From Egibacteraceae bacterium (GTDB lineage Bacteria > Actinomycetota > Nitriliruptoria > Euzebyales > Egibacteraceae), in NCBI GenBank assembly GCA_030446745.1, contig JAUJMS010000006.1:4498-68497 (forward strand): 64,000 bases of DNA, in the 5' to 3' direction. Numbering within the stretch: the stretch's first letter is position 1; each line of letters opens with the position of its first letter. Under the pieces are notes generated by a model, which saw only the letters and a list, made by a program, of their open reading frames with translations, did not search any database and was not told the origin of the DNA. Below are positions 17,630 to 26,794 of this stretch, one piece after another. The translations under genes were made by a program, and so were the position numbers.

Positions 17630-17989
17630 ATGCCCCTGACCACCGCCCGCGCCGGCCTGGACACCGCCGAGCTGCTCACCACCGCGGCCGCGGCGGCGAT
17701 GTCCACGGCGCTCTACCTGCGCTTCGACGGCCCGTACCTGGCCCGGGGCGTGGTCGGTGACGTCGTCGGCTTCACCGCGCTCGCCGTGCCGCTCGTCGTC
17801 GCGCGGCGGCGAGCACGCCACGAGGCGCTCGTGTGTCTCGCCGGGATTGCCGTCGTGCATCTCACCAGCGCCGATTGGCCGCTCGCGCTGCCGTCCGCGG
17901 TGTGGTGGGCGGTCGTCACCGTCACGCTGGGCGGCTACCTCGCGGCTCGACGTCGGCTTCTGGCAGCGGCGGCGCCAGCCGGCGGGTGA
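17630..17989 (+). CDS. small hypothetical membrane protein (DUF2809-like guess)
   Basis: 119 aa with 3-4 hydrophobic helices ([44 protein letters not shown]). Its 3' end overlaps the convergent SDR gene by 68 nt. Confidence 0.4.
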   Translation: MPLTTARAGLDTAELLTTAAAAAMSTALYLRFDGPYLARGVVGDVVGFTALAVPLVVARRRARHEALVCLAGIAVVHLTSADWPLALPSAVWWAVVTVTLGGYLAARRRLLAAAAPAGG

Positions 17990-18749
17990 CGCGCGCCACC
18001 GCACGGGCGACGACGGTGCGCGGCAGCAGGCGGGTGGTGAAGATGCCGGCGTTGTTGCCGACGCCGTGCACGGTCGAGGCGACGATGCCGAGACGCGCGA
18101 GTCCCCAAGCGACCACGGCGTCGGGGTCCGCGCCGCCCCGCGCGCCGGCCCCGAAGCCGGCCACCGCGTGGAACTCCGTCGCGGTCGACCCCGGCGACAC
18201 GGTCAGGACATCGATGCCGGTGCCGGCCAGCTCGCCGTACAGGCTCTCGCCGAGCACCAGGTCGAACGCCTTCGTGGCGGCGTAAACGCTCAGGTACGGC
18301 GTCGCCTGGTACGCCACGACGCTGGCGACGAACACGACGGCGCCGCGACGGCGTTCGAGCATCTGCGGCAGGAACGCGTGCGTCAGGCACACCGGCGCGG
18401 TGGCGTTGACGGCGACCATCGCCGCGAGGGTCGCGGGGTCGGCGTCCAAGAACGCGCCGGCGCGACCGGCGCCGGCGTTGTTGACGAGGACGCCGACCGG
18501 GCGCTCGTCAACCACCGCGACGAGCCGCTCGGCGCAGTCGGGCACCGCCAGGTCCAGCGGGGCGACGAGCGTGTCGACGCCGTGGTCTCGCCGCAGCGCC
18601 GCGGCAAGCGTCGAGAGCCGATCCTCGCGCCGGGCGACGAGCACGACCGGCACGCCGTCGGCGGCGAGCCGGCGGGCGAACGCCGCGCCGAGCCCCGACG
18701 AGGCGCCCGTGACCACCGCCCAGCCGCCGTAGCGTCGTAACGAGCGCAT
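17922..18749 (-). CDS. short-chain dehydrogenase/reductase (SDR)
   Basis: [16 protein letters not shown] (TGxxxGxG), NNAG, YAATKAF (YxxxK). GGAGG-like RBS before the internal ATG at 18749. Confidence 0.85.
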   Translation of the reverse strand: MRSLRRYGGWAVVTGASSGLGAAFARRLAADGVPVVLVARREDRLSTLAAALRRDHGVDTLVAPLDLAVPDCAERLVAVVDERPVGVLVNNAGAGRAGAFLDADPATLAAMVAVNATAPVCLTHAFLPQMLERRRGAVVFVASVVAYQATPYLSVYAATKAFDLVLGESLYGELAGTGIDVLTVSPGSTATEFHAVAGFGAGARGGADPDAVVAWGLARLGIVASTVHGVGNNAGIFTTRLLPRTVVARAVARVTRRLAPPLPEADVEPRGSRPA

Positions 18750-18898
18750 CGTTCCTCCCCTTGGCGACCGGCGGGGCGCACGCCGCGGGCCGCGACGCGG
18801 TGGCGCTGCACGCCCCCGGTAGGCTGCCCGCCGCTCGCCGCCGCGTCGAACCGATGCGCCGACCACGCGGGCGCACGCCATATAAAAGGAGCGAGACC

Positions 18899-19762
18899 GT
18901 GGCAGGAGTCGAGGGACGCGTCGTCGCGGTGACCGGCGCCGGCGGAGGACTGGGTCGCCAGCACGCGCTGTTGTTCGCGCAGCGTGGTGCGAAGGTCGTC
19001 GTCAACGACCTCGGCGGCGCCCGCGACGGCACGGGGGCGGGCTCGCAGATGGCCGACGCCGTCGTGGCCGAGATCACCGACGCCAGCGGCGAGGCGGTCG
19101 CCGACTACGCCAACGTCGCGAGCAGCGACGGCGGCGCCGCGGTGGTGCAGTCGGCGCTCGACGCGTTCGGGCGCATCGACGTCGTCGTGAGCAACGCGGG
19201 GATCCTGCGCGACGTCACCTTCGCCAAGATGACCGACGAGCAGTGGGACGCCGTCGTCAAAGTCCACCTGTACGGCACCTACCACGTCACCCGCGCCGCC
19301 TGGCCGCACCTGCGCGAACAGGGTTTCGGCCGAGTCATCGTGACGACGTCGACGTCGGGGCTGTACGGCAACTTCGGCCAGGCCAACTACGGCGCCGCGA
19401 AGCTCGGGATGGTCGGCCTCATCAACACCCTCGCGCTCGAGGGACGGAAGTACGGGATCACGGCGAACGCCATCGCGCCGATCGCAGCGACGCGCATGAC
19501 CGAAGACATCATGCCCGGCGACATGCTCGCGAGCCTCGACCCGGCGTACGTGTCGCCGCTCGTGGTCCACCTCGCCGGCGACGAGTGCAGCGACAGCGGG
19601 ATCGTCGTCCTCGCGGGCGGTGGGCACTACGCCCGCGTCGCGGCGATGCAGGCCACGGGCGTGCGCTTCGACAGCGTGCCCAGCGTCGACGACATCGCCG
19701 CCCAGTGGCCGGCGATCCTCGACCTCGAGGGTGCGCAGCTCGGTCGCCCGTTCTCGGGCTGA
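18899..19762 (+). CDS. SDR, 3-hydroxyacyl-CoA dehydrogenase-like (HSD17B4 N-terminal type)
   Basis: [51 protein letters not shown] start 8 nt after AAAGGAG. Confidence 0.85.
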   Translation: MAGVEGRVVAVTGAGGGLGRQHALLFAQRGAKVVVNDLGGARDGTGAGSQMADAVVAEITDASGEAVADYANVASSDGGAAVVQSALDAFGRIDVVVSNAGILRDVTFAKMTDEQWDAVVKVHLYGTYHVTRAAWPHLREQGFGRVIVTTSTSGLYGNFGQANYGAAKLGMVGLINTLALEGRKYGITANAIAPIAATRMTEDIMPGDMLASLDPAYVSPLVVHLAGDECSDSGIVVLAGGGHYARVAAMQATGVRFDSVPSVDDIAAQWPAILDLEGAQLGRPFSG

Positions 19763-19810
19763 CCGCAGCGGTCCGCGTTTGCCGCCGCCCCGAGGCGGTT
19801 AGGTGACCGC

Positions 19811-20269
19811 GTGATGCGCTCGTCCACCGCCCCGCGCCGGCTGCTGACCGCCTGCGCCGCCGTCGCGCTGCTGGCGACGGGGTGCTTCGGCGACGGAGCT
19901 GACGCGATCAAGGCCGAGGCCGAGGCCGACGCCGAGGTGGACCGCGACCTGCCCGAGTGGCTCGTGCGGGTGTTTCCGGCGCCCGGTCAGGAGACGACCG
20001 CGACGCGCGCGATCCAGGTCCGCCACAACGCCGTCGCCCCGGACGAGGGCATCCGGCTGATCCTCGACGGCGTCGACGTGACGACCTACGCCACGAACGG
20101 TCGTGGGCTGCTCGAGTACGACGTGGACCAAACGGCGTCGCCGGTGGAGCTGAAGCCGGGGATGCACCGGGCGGCGCTCGAGTACCTGCGCGTCAGTCCG
20201 GAGAGCGAGTTCGACCCAGAGCAGCGCGAGGTTCTCGACACCTATACCTGGGAGTTCGAGGTCTCCTGA
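19811..20269 (+). CDS. hypothetical lipoprotein
   Basis: Lipobox LLTACAAVALLATGC. 152 aa, no family recognised. Confidence 0.55.
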   Translation: MMRSSTAPRRLLTACAAVALLATGCFGDGADAIKAEAEADAEVDRDLPEWLVRVFPAPGQETTATRAIQVRHNAVAPDEGIRLILDGVDVTTYATNGRGLLEYDVDQTASPVELKPGMHRAALEYLRVSPESEFDPEQREVLDTYTWEFEVS

Positions 20270-21006
20270 CCGCCGGGCACGTCACCGAACTGCTCTACAG
20301 CACCGACGCGTACCTGCGCGCCTTCGAGGCGACGGTCGCCGCCGTCGACGCCGCCGAGCATCGCGTTGCGCTGGACCGCAGCGCCTTCTACCCGGGCGGT
20401 GGCGGCCAGCCCGCCGACACCGGGACGCTGCGCTGGGACGGCGGCGCGGCGACGGTGACGACCGCTGAACGGGCCGGACCCACGGTGTGGCACCGGCTCG
20501 CCGGCGACGACCCACTGCCCGACCCCGGCACGCCGCTGGCAGGCGCGCTCGACTGGGACCGCCGTCACCTGCTCATGCGCACCCACACCGCCTTGCACGT
20601 GCTGTGCGGCGTCATCTGGGCCGACTACGGCGTCGCGGTGACCGGCGGGAACATGACCCCGGGCGCCGGCCGGCTCGACTTCGAGCTCGACGCGATGTCC
20701 GCCGAGCTCGGCGCGTGGGCGCAGCGGCGGGTCAACGAGGAGGTCGAGCGTGCTCGGGCGGTCATCGTCGACTTCGTGTCGCGCGCCGACGCCGCGAACG
20801 ACCCCGCGCTGATCCGCACGAAGGCCTCGTTGATCCCCGCCACCGTCGACCCGCTGCGCGTCATCGACATCGTCGGGCTGGACCGCCAGGCCGACGGGGG
20901 CACCCACGTCGCCGCGACGGCCGAAGTCGGTCGCGTCGTCGTGACCGGCACCGAGTCGAAGGGTCGGGGCAACAAGCGCATCCGCCTCGCGCTTTCCGAC
21001 GCCTGA
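20266..21006 (+). CDS. AlaX-type alanyl-tRNA editing protein (Thr/Ala-tRNA synthetase second additional domain); start codon unresolved
   Basis: ELLYSTDAYLRAFEATV, AFYPGGGGQPAD, HTALHVL, DRQADGGTHV (zinc motifs HxxxH and CxxxH-like). No ATG/GTG/TTG near the conserved N-terminus. A CTG at 20266 overlaps the upstream stop as CTGA. Confidence 0.7.
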   Translation: MTAGHVTELLYSTDAYLRAFEATVAAVDAAEHRVALDRSAFYPGGGGQPADTGTLRWDGGAATVTTAERAGPTVWHRLAGDDPLPDPGTPLAGALDWDRRHLLMRTHTALHVLCGVIWADYGVAVTGGNMTPGAGRLDFELDAMSAELGAWAQRRVNEEVERARAVIVDFVSRADAANDPALIRTKASLIPATVDPLRVIDIVGLDRQADGGTHVAATAEVGRVVVTGTESKGRGNKRIRLALSDA

Positions 21007-21095
21007 GACGCCACACCGGGGTGCGGCGGTTACGGTCCGCGACGGGCGGGCATAGGGGCCGCGATTCCCTTCCGTCTGTATTCCGAGGAGGCGCC

Positions 21096-21926
21096 ATGTC
21101 CGTGCTCGCCCAAGTCGACACCAACCCGTTGCAAGACGCGTTGCGCAAGGCCGCCAGCTTCATCCCGACGTTCCTCGCCTTCTTGGCGATCCTGATCATC
21201 GGCTACTTCGTCGCCAAGGCGATCGCCAAGGTCTTGGACCGGCTGTTGGAGGGTGTCGGGTTCGACCGGGTAGTCGAGCGCGGCGGGGTCGGCAAGGCGA
21301 TGGCCAAGTCGAAGTACGACGCCAGCGACATCATCGGCAAGCTCGTCTTCTACGCGCTGTTCCTGTTCGTGTTGCAGATGGCCTTCGGCGTGTTCGGCCC
21401 CAACCCGATCAGCGACCTGATCTTCGCCGTGATCGCGTTCCTGCCCAAGATCATCGTCGCGATCATCATCGTCGTCGTCGCATCGGCGGTCGCGGCCGGC
21501 GCCCGCGAGATCATCGACGCGAGCCTCGGGGGCCTGTCGTACGGGACGATGCTGGCCAACGTCGCGTCGGGCGCGATCCTGCTCGTCGGCGTCTTCGCGG
21601 CGCTCAACCAGATCGAGATCGCCCCGGAGATCATCAACGGCCTGTTCTACGCGGTCCTCGCGGTGGTGGCCGGCTCGGCGATCGTCGCGATCGGCGGCGG
21701 CGGCATCCAACCGATGCGCCAGCAGTGGGAGCGGGCGATGGACCGCATCGAACAGGAAGCGCCGGCGATCCGCGAGGAAGCGGCCAACACCTCCAAGGAA
21801 GATCTCACGGCCCGCGCCGAGCAGCGTCGCCAGCAGGCGTCCTCGTCGGGCACCGGCGGCTCGGTGCGCCCCGGAGGGGACCCGACCATCAACCTGCCAA
21901 ACGACCAGGCGACCCGTCGCCGCTGA
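21096..21926 (+). CDS. membrane protein with conserved-TM-helix repeats (PF05552-like, MscS-associated type)
   Basis: FIPTFLAFLAILIIGYFVAKAIAKVLDRLLEGVGFD and repeated similar helices. GAGGAGG RBS before ATG 21096. Disordered charged tail. Confidence 0.7.
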   Translation: MSVLAQVDTNPLQDALRKAASFIPTFLAFLAILIIGYFVAKAIAKVLDRLLEGVGFDRVVERGGVGKAMAKSKYDASDIIGKLVFYALFLFVLQMAFGVFGPNPISDLIFAVIAFLPKIIVAIIIVVVASAVAAGAREIIDASLGGLSYGTMLANVASGAILLVGVFAALNQIEIAPEIINGLFYAVLAVVAGSAIVAIGGGGIQPMRQQWERAMDRIEQEAPAIREEAANTSKEDLTARAEQRRQQASSSGTGGSVRPGGDPTINLPNDQATRRR

Positions 21927-21932
21927 CCCCCA

Positions 21933-21984
21933 CCGGGCCTTGTCACCGGCGTTGCGCTGTGGTGCCGTCGGTGACAAAGCCCGG
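21933..21984 (+). repeat. copy B of the ~48-nt hairpin element (best palindrome)
   Basis: CCGGGCCTTGTCACCGGCG-TTGCGCTGTGGTGC-CGTCGGTGACAAAGCCCGG: a 19-bp stem with 2 mismatches, 7 nt after the stop at 21926. Confidence 0.7.
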
Positions 21985-22080
21985 GTCCGAACGGCCGCAG
22001 GACGCGTCGACCAGGCGTCACGCAAGCTCCCCGGCTGTCGACGGCCGCAGGGCGCGTCGACCAGGCGTCACGCAAGCTCC
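21981..22080. repeat. 50-nt tandem duplication spanning the 3' end of the GNAT gene
   Basis: ACGGCCGCAGG(A/G)CGCGTCGACCAGGCGTCACGCAAGCTCC at 21991-22030 and 22041-22080. Two track ORFs start 50 nt apart with the identical MRDAWSTRPAAV. Confidence 0.85.
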
Positions 22081-22559
22081 AGGGCGTAGCCCTCGTAGCG
22101 GACGCCCGGGGCGGGCTCGTGGTCCAACGCCGGGGCGCGGACGAACCCCATGCGGTCCGTGAGCTCGCGGACGGTCTCCATCTCCTGGGTCGTGGTCAAC
22201 ACCAGGCGATGCTTGCCGGTCTCGAGGGCGTGCTCACGGGCAGCCTCCATCAGCGCCCGCCCCACGCCGTGACCGCGTTCCGGCGGTGGCACGGCGAGCA
22301 GGCGGACCCCACAGGTCCCCTCCTGAGCGCCCCGCCACCCCGTGAACACGGTCACCGACCCGACCAGGCGCCCGTCGCACTCGGCGACGAGCAGCTGCGC
22401 GTCGGCCAGACGGCCGCGCACGTTGGCGATGTCGTTGGCGAAGGTCGACCACGCGTCGGGCGACATGCGCGCCGCGTACTCGGCGTACGCGTCGACGATC
22501 AGCGACGCGACGTCGTCGAGCTCGTCGTCGCGGGCGGGGCGGATCGTCGGCCCGGTCAT
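22068..22559 (-). CDS. GNAT-family N-acetyltransferase
   Basis: IRPARDDELDDVASLIVDAY..., LLAVPPPERGHGVGRALMEAA (Q/RxxGxG/A acetyl-CoA motif). Internal ATG giving 163 aa; the 539-aa track ORF was rejected. Confidence 0.8.
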   Translation of the reverse strand: MTGPTIRPARDDELDDVASLIVDAYAEYAARMSPDAWSTFANDIANVRGRLADAQLLVAECDGRLVGSVTVFTGWRGAQEGTCGVRLLAVPPPERGHGVGRALMEAAREHALETGKHRLVLTTTQEMETVRELTDRMGFVRAPALDHEPAPGVRYEGYALELA

Positions 22560-22963
22560 CGCCACGTCCCGCCCGGAAACGCCTTGACCTCCAGCGCGTT
22601 GCCGGAGGGGTCGCGCAGAAAGAAGGTGTGCTGCTCGCCCGGCTCGCCGACGAAGCGGCTGTGCGGGGCGACGAGGAACGGCTCCCCGGCCGCCCGCAGC
22701 CGGTCGACCAGCGCCTGCCATGCCTCCAGGTCGAGGACGACCCCGTGGTGGCGCACCGGGACGGCGTCGCCGTCGACCACGCAGGTGGTGGGGTCGGCGA
22801 CGTAGCCGTCCACGGCGTGCAGCGACAGTTGGTGGCCGTACAACGACAGGTCCGCCCAGTCCGGCCCGCTGCGCCGCCGCTGCGCTCCCAGACGCTCCGC
22901 GTAGAACGCCGCCGCCGCGTCGACGTCGGCGACGGGCAGCGACAGATGGAAGGCGGGGACCAT
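22556..22963 (-). CDS. VOC (glyoxalase/bleomycin-resistance/dioxygenase) family protein
   Basis: MVPAFHLSLPVADVDAAAAFYAERLG...HHGVVLD...FFLRDPSGNALEVK. Stop overlaps the GNAT start as ATGA. Confidence 0.8.
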   Translation of the reverse strand: MVPAFHLSLPVADVDAAAAFYAERLGAQRRRSGPDWADLSLYGHQLSLHAVDGYVADPTTCVVDGDAVPVRHHGVVLDLEAWQALVDRLRAAGEPFLVAPHSRFVGEPGEQHTFFLRDPSGNALEVKAFPGGTWR

Positions 22964-23069
22964 GGCCGGCCGAGTCTAGGACCGCGACCCGAACCGGGGT
23001 CGGGCGTCGCCCCGCGCCGCGCGCCGTGGTAGCAATAGCGTCCCGGCTGGACCGAAAGGCTTCTCCGCG

Positions 23070-23939
23070 ATGTCGCGCAGCGCCCGCGCGTGCCTCGGGT
23101 GGCTCGTCGTGCTGGCCGCGGCGGCGGGGCTGGCGGGAGGACTGGCCGGCGCACCGGCCGGGGCCCAGACCGAGGTGCTGTCGCCCGCCGAACGCGAGCG
23201 CGCCGCCACGATCTACGCCAGTCAGTGCGCGACCTGCCACGGGGCCGACGCGCGCGGGGGTGTCGTGCCCGCCACCGGCGACCCGGTTCCGGCGCTGGCC
23301 GGCAACCCCGCGGTCACGGTCGCCTACCTCGACCTTGTCATGCGAACCGGGCGCATGCCGCCGCCGGAGGACGACCCCTACGACAACCGCGCGCGAGACG
23401 TCGTGCTGACCGACGAGGAGCGCCGCATCGTCGTCGCGTATTTGGCCGACGCGGTCGAGATCGCCGGCGAGCTCCCCGACCCGCCGCCGGGTAACGCCGC
23501 GCGCGGGCGGGAGGTGTACGCGACGAACTGCGCCCAATGCCACGGCTCGACGGGCGCGGGCGGGGTCGCGGGCGCCGGCGCGTGGACCCCGGCCGTCAAC
23601 GACAAGCTCCCGGTCACCATCGCGGAGGCCGTCCGCGTCGGCCCGTTCGAGATGCCGGCGTTCGACGCCGAGCAGATCAGCGACCAAGAGGTCGGCGACA
23701 TCGCCGCCTTCCTCGCCGAGGTCGCCGCCGAGACCGGCACGCCGATCGGGCTGCTCGAGCTCAACCCCGTCTACGCGTCGGGGATCGCGGCGCTGTTCTC
23801 GTTGGCGGTGGTGCTGTCGCTGCTATGGATCGCGGGCCGTCCCACCTGGTTTCCGGACCCGCGTGGCCAGCGCCGCGGCGCTCCGCGAACCGACCCGGTC
23901 GTCCAGCACGGCGGCGACGCCGACAAGGACCCGACGTGA
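23070..23939 (+). CDS. qcrC: cytochrome bc1 complex dihaem cytochrome c subunit
   Basis: Two CxxCH motifs (CATCH, CAQCH), signal peptide, C-terminal TM helix ([19 protein letters not shown]). First gene of the qcrCAB order. Confidence 0.9.
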   Translation: MSRSARACLGWLVVLAAAAGLAGGLAGAPAGAQTEVLSPAERERAATIYASQCATCHGADARGGVVPATGDPVPALAGNPAVTVAYLDLVMRTGRMPPPEDDPYDNRARDVVLTDEERRIVVAYLADAVEIAGELPDPPPGNAARGREVYATNCAQCHGSTGAGGVAGAGAWTPAVNDKLPVTIAEAVRVGPFEMPAFDAEQISDQEVGDIAAFLAEVAAETGTPIGLLELNPVYASGIAALFSLAVVLSLLWIAGRPTWFPDPRGQRRGAPRTDPVVQHGGDADKDPT

Positions 23940-24835
23940 CCTCGCCGGGGCAGCCCCCGCACGACCCCGACGCCGACCCCAAGGCGGAGCTGCGCGTCAT
24001 CGCCGCCGAGACGCCGCCCGACAGCACGCTCAACGACAGCTTCGTGGTGCTCTCGGCCGGCGGGGCGGCGGTGCTCGCGGTCGTGTTCGCCGTGGCACTG
24101 CTCGCCGGCGGGCCGCTGCCGCTGTACGGCGGGGCGCTCGCCGCCGGGCTGCTGTTGCTCGCCGTCGCGGTGCGACGCTACTTCACGGACCGCTTCCCCG
24201 ATGTCGAGGCGGTCGAGCCGCGGGCCATCCCCGGTGCCGAGGCGGCCGAGAACGAGCCGCTGGCGGACGTGGCGCCCGTCGGGCCGCGGCGCACGTTTCT
24301 CAAACGGTTCCTGCTCGCCGCCGGCGCCGTCTTCGGCGTCGGGATCGCTGTACCGCCGATCGCCTCGCTCGGTCCCGCGCCTCGGTCGACGTTGCGCACG
24401 ACCGCGTGGCGCGAGGGCCGGCGGCTGGTGACGACCGACGGCGTGCCGGTGCGCGCCGCCGACATCGCCGAGGGCGGCCTCGCGAGCCTCTGGCCCGAAG
24501 GCGCGGTGGGCGAGGAGCGTGCCGCCGTCGTGCTGCTGCGGCTGTCGGACCCGCCGCGCCCGCCGACGGTCGCGGCGTGGGTCGTCGCGCCGGGCCTCGT
24601 CGCGTACTCCAAGGTGTGCACCCACGCCGGCTGCCCGGTGGCGCTCTACCGCGAGCGCGACAACGCGCTGTTCTGCCCCTGCCACCAGTCGACCTTCGAC
24701 CCGAGCCGGGGCGCGGTGCCGACCTTCGGGCCGGCCGCCCGCGCGCTGCCGCAGCTGCCGCTGGGGGTGGACGCCGACGGCTTCCTCGTCGCGCTCGGCG
24801 ACTTCCAGGCCCCCGTCGGCCCCGCCTTCGACTGA
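23936..24835 (+). CDS. qcrA: cytochrome bc1 complex Rieske iron-sulfur subunit
   Basis: CTHAGCP and CPCHQS [2Fe-2S] boxes, N-terminal TM helices. GTG start overlaps the qcrC stop as GTGA. Confidence 0.9.
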   Translation: MTSPGQPPHDPDADPKAELRVIAAETPPDSTLNDSFVVLSAGGAAVLAVVFAVALLAGGPLPLYGGALAAGLLLLAVAVRRYFTDRFPDVEAVEPRAIPGAEAAENEPLADVAPVGPRRTFLKRFLLAAGAVFGVGIAVPPIASLGPAPRSTLRTTAWREGRRLVTTDGVPVRAADIAEGGLASLWPEGAVGEERAAVVLLRLSDPPRPPTVAAWVVAPGLVAYSKVCTHAGCPVALYRERDNALFCPCHQSTFDPSRGAVPTFGPAARALPQLPLGVDADGFLVALGDFQAPVGPAFD

Positions 24836-24883
24836 TGCGCCCCGCACAGGAGCGGCCATGAGCCCAGATCCGAGGACGACGCT

Positions 24884-26308
24884 GTGACGCCGCTGTTCGC
24901 CCTGTTGTTCGATCGTCTCGATGAGCGCCTGGCCCTGCGGTCGCCCAGCCGCAAGGTCGCCAACAAGGTCTTCCCGCACCACTGGTCGTTCCTGCTCGGC
25001 GAGGTCGCCCTGTTCTCGCTCGTCGTGCTCGTCGCGACCGGCATCTTTCTCACGATGTTCTACCGGCCGTCGACCCAGTCGACCGTCTACACGGGCTCCT
25101 TGGAGCTGTACCAGGGCCGCGCGGTGCCCGCCGCCTTCGAGTCCATCCTGCGGCTGAGCCACGACATCCCCGGCGGGCTGCTGTTCCGGCGCATCCATCG
25201 TGGCGCGTCGCACCTGTTCATCGCGGCGAGCGTGCTGCACATGCTGCGCATCGTGCTCACCGGCGCCTTCCGCCGGCCGCGCGAGATCAACTACCAACTG
25301 GGGCTCGGCCTGCTGACGTTCGCCTTCATGGCCGGGTTCACCGGCTACTCGCTGCCGTACGACTCGCTGGCCGGCACGGGAATCCGCATCGCCTACTCCG
25401 AGCTGCTGAGCTTCCCCTTCATCGGCGACCGGATGGCGTTCTGGGTGTTCGGCGGCGACTTCCCGACCGGCGACGTGATCCCGCGCTTCTTCGTCTTCCA
25501 CGTGCTGCTGCTGCCCGCGATCATCCTCGGCGCGGTCGGCCTGCACCTGCTGCTCGTCGGCCGGCAGCGCCACACCCAGTTCCCCGCGCGCGGGATCGAC
25601 GGTCACGCCATGATCCTCGGCAAGCCGCTGTGGCCGGCGCAGTTCGCGGAGTCGGCGACGCTGATCCTGTGGCTCGGCGGGCTGCTGACCGCCGCCGCGG
25701 TGTTCATCCCGTGGAGCGACGTCAGCCTGCTCGGCCCCTACGTCCCCGGCGAGGTGGGCAACAACGCCCAACCGGACTGGTTCCTGTTCTGGGTCGACGG
25801 GGCGCTGCGCATCTTTCCGCCCTTCGAGGTGCGCCTGCCCGGCGTCGTGATCTCGGGCCCCTTCGTCGCCGGCATCCTGCTGCCCGGCGCGGTGTTCACC
25901 GGACTGGCGCTCTACCCGTTCCTCGAACGGCGGGTCTACGGCCTGCGCGGCGACTGGCACGTGTTGCAGAACCCACTGGACATCCCGCTGCGCGCCGGCG
26001 TCGCCCTGGGCACGTTCAGCTTCGTGCTGCTGCTGTCGGCCGCCGCGACCAACGACATCCTGTCGCGGCTGACGGGGATCCCGATCGAAGACGTCTTGCT
26101 GTTCTTCCGCGTCACCTGCCTGGTCGTGCCGCCGCTGCTCGGCCTGGGGATCGCGTCCTACGCGCGCCGGCGCCTGCGCGCCCGCGGCCGGGTCGTCGCC
26201 CGCGACGAGCGTGAGGCGGTGCGCTCGTACGTGCCGGAACCGCACGGTCCGACCGCCGCCCCGCCGCCGCAGCAGGCCGCGCCGGCATCACCGGTCCGGC
26301 CTGACTGA
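24884..26308 (+). CDS. qcrB: cytochrome bc1 complex cytochrome b subunit
   Basis: FPHHWSFLLGEVALFSLVVLVATGIFLTMFY, RRIHRGASHLFIAASVLHMLR, FVFHVLLLPAIILGAVGLHLL (haem-ligand His pairs). 474 aa. Confidence 0.9.
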   Translation: MTPLFALLFDRLDERLALRSPSRKVANKVFPHHWSFLLGEVALFSLVVLVATGIFLTMFYRPSTQSTVYTGSLELYQGRAVPAAFESILRLSHDIPGGLLFRRIHRGASHLFIAASVLHMLRIVLTGAFRRPREINYQLGLGLLTFAFMAGFTGYSLPYDSLAGTGIRIAYSELLSFPFIGDRMAFWVFGGDFPTGDVIPRFFVFHVLLLPAIILGAVGLHLLLVGRQRHTQFPARGIDGHAMILGKPLWPAQFAESATLILWLGGLLTAAAVFIPWSDVSLLGPYVPGEVGNNAQPDWFLFWVDGALRIFPPFEVRLPGVVISGPFVAGILLPGAVFTGLALYPFLERRVYGLRGDWHVLQNPLDIPLRAGVALGTFSFVLLLSAAATNDILSRLTGIPIEDVLLFFRVTCLVVPPLLGLGIASYARRRLRARGRVVARDEREAVRSYVPEPHGPTAAPPPQQAAPASPVRPD

Positions 26309-26309
26309 C

Positions 26310-26327
26310 CGACGCGTCAGCGCGTCG
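26310..26327. terminator. hairpin between the convergent qcrB and receiver-like genes
   Basis: CGACGCG-TCAG-CGCGTCG, a perfect 7-bp stem overlapping the stop (26317-26319) of the minus-strand gene. No U tract. Confidence 0.35.
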
Positions 26328-26685
26328 ACCGGCCAGCGGCCGCGACGACCGCCGCGGCAAGCTGCGCGCGCAGGTCCCCGTGGCGCACGACCGCCGCGGC
26401 CCCGGACAGCTCGACGTCGGCGCGCTCGTCAGGGGGCAGCCAGGTGTGGACCACCACGGGCCGGGCCTGGGAGACGAGGTCCGCAGCCGTGCCGTCGGGC
26501 AGATGCAGCCCCGTCACGACGACCGCGCCAGGGGCATCGCGCGCCGTCGTCACCGTGGCGGCCTCCGCTACGACGACCACGTCGCGGGTCGTGGCCAGCA
26601 CCCAGCGCAGCCCGTCACGCACGCCCGCCATCGCGTCGACGAGCACGACGGTGACCGGCTCGCCCGCCGTTGCGCCGTCGGGCAC
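26317..26685 (-). CDS. stand-alone NarL-type receiver-like domain lacking the phospho-acceptor Asp
   Basis: VTVVLVDAMAGVRDGLRWVL (DD replaced by DA). VVVTGLHLPDG where D-L-x-M-P is expected (Asp replaced by Gly). VVVHTW, AAAVVRHGD (Lys replaced by Arg). No HTH output. 122 aa. Confidence 0.5.
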   Translation of the reverse strand: MPDGATAGEPVTVVLVDAMAGVRDGLRWVLATTRDVVVVAEAATVTTARDAPGAVVVTGLHLPDGTAADLVSQARPVVVHTWLPPDERADVELSGAAAVVRHGDLRAQLAAAVVAAAGRSTR

Positions 26686-26794
26686 CGTCGCGTCCGTCCT
26701 ATGATGGCCTGCCTCGCCGCGGCAGCGTAGCGGCGGGCCTGCCGCGAAGGCGCGCCCGCCCTCGGCCGCCAGCCGACCGGAGGTTGCCGCACCC

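Noticed and set aside
22560-23687. Long N-terminal extensions of track ORFs (22068..23687, 16883..18004, 17922..18881, 40235..40933, 55031..57646 beyond 57454)
   Set aside because: The extensions are Arg/Pro-rich and overlap neighbouring real genes. Internal starts with RBS or stop-start overlaps give family-typical lengths.
23771-26245. 824-aa minus-strand ORF opposite qcrA/qcrB; similar long antisense ORFs opposite the PBP (30394..33144), malQ (36771..38852) and dnaA (61185..63446)
   Set aside because: Typical high-GC antisense open frames. The sense strands carry unmistakable conserved motifs.
26686-26794. yybP-ykoY Mn riboswitch expected upstream of terC
   Set aside because: The conserved GGGGAGUAG and GAGAGACC-type loops are absent. 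Only generic GC-rich hairpins are seen. A covariance-model scan would be the decisive test.
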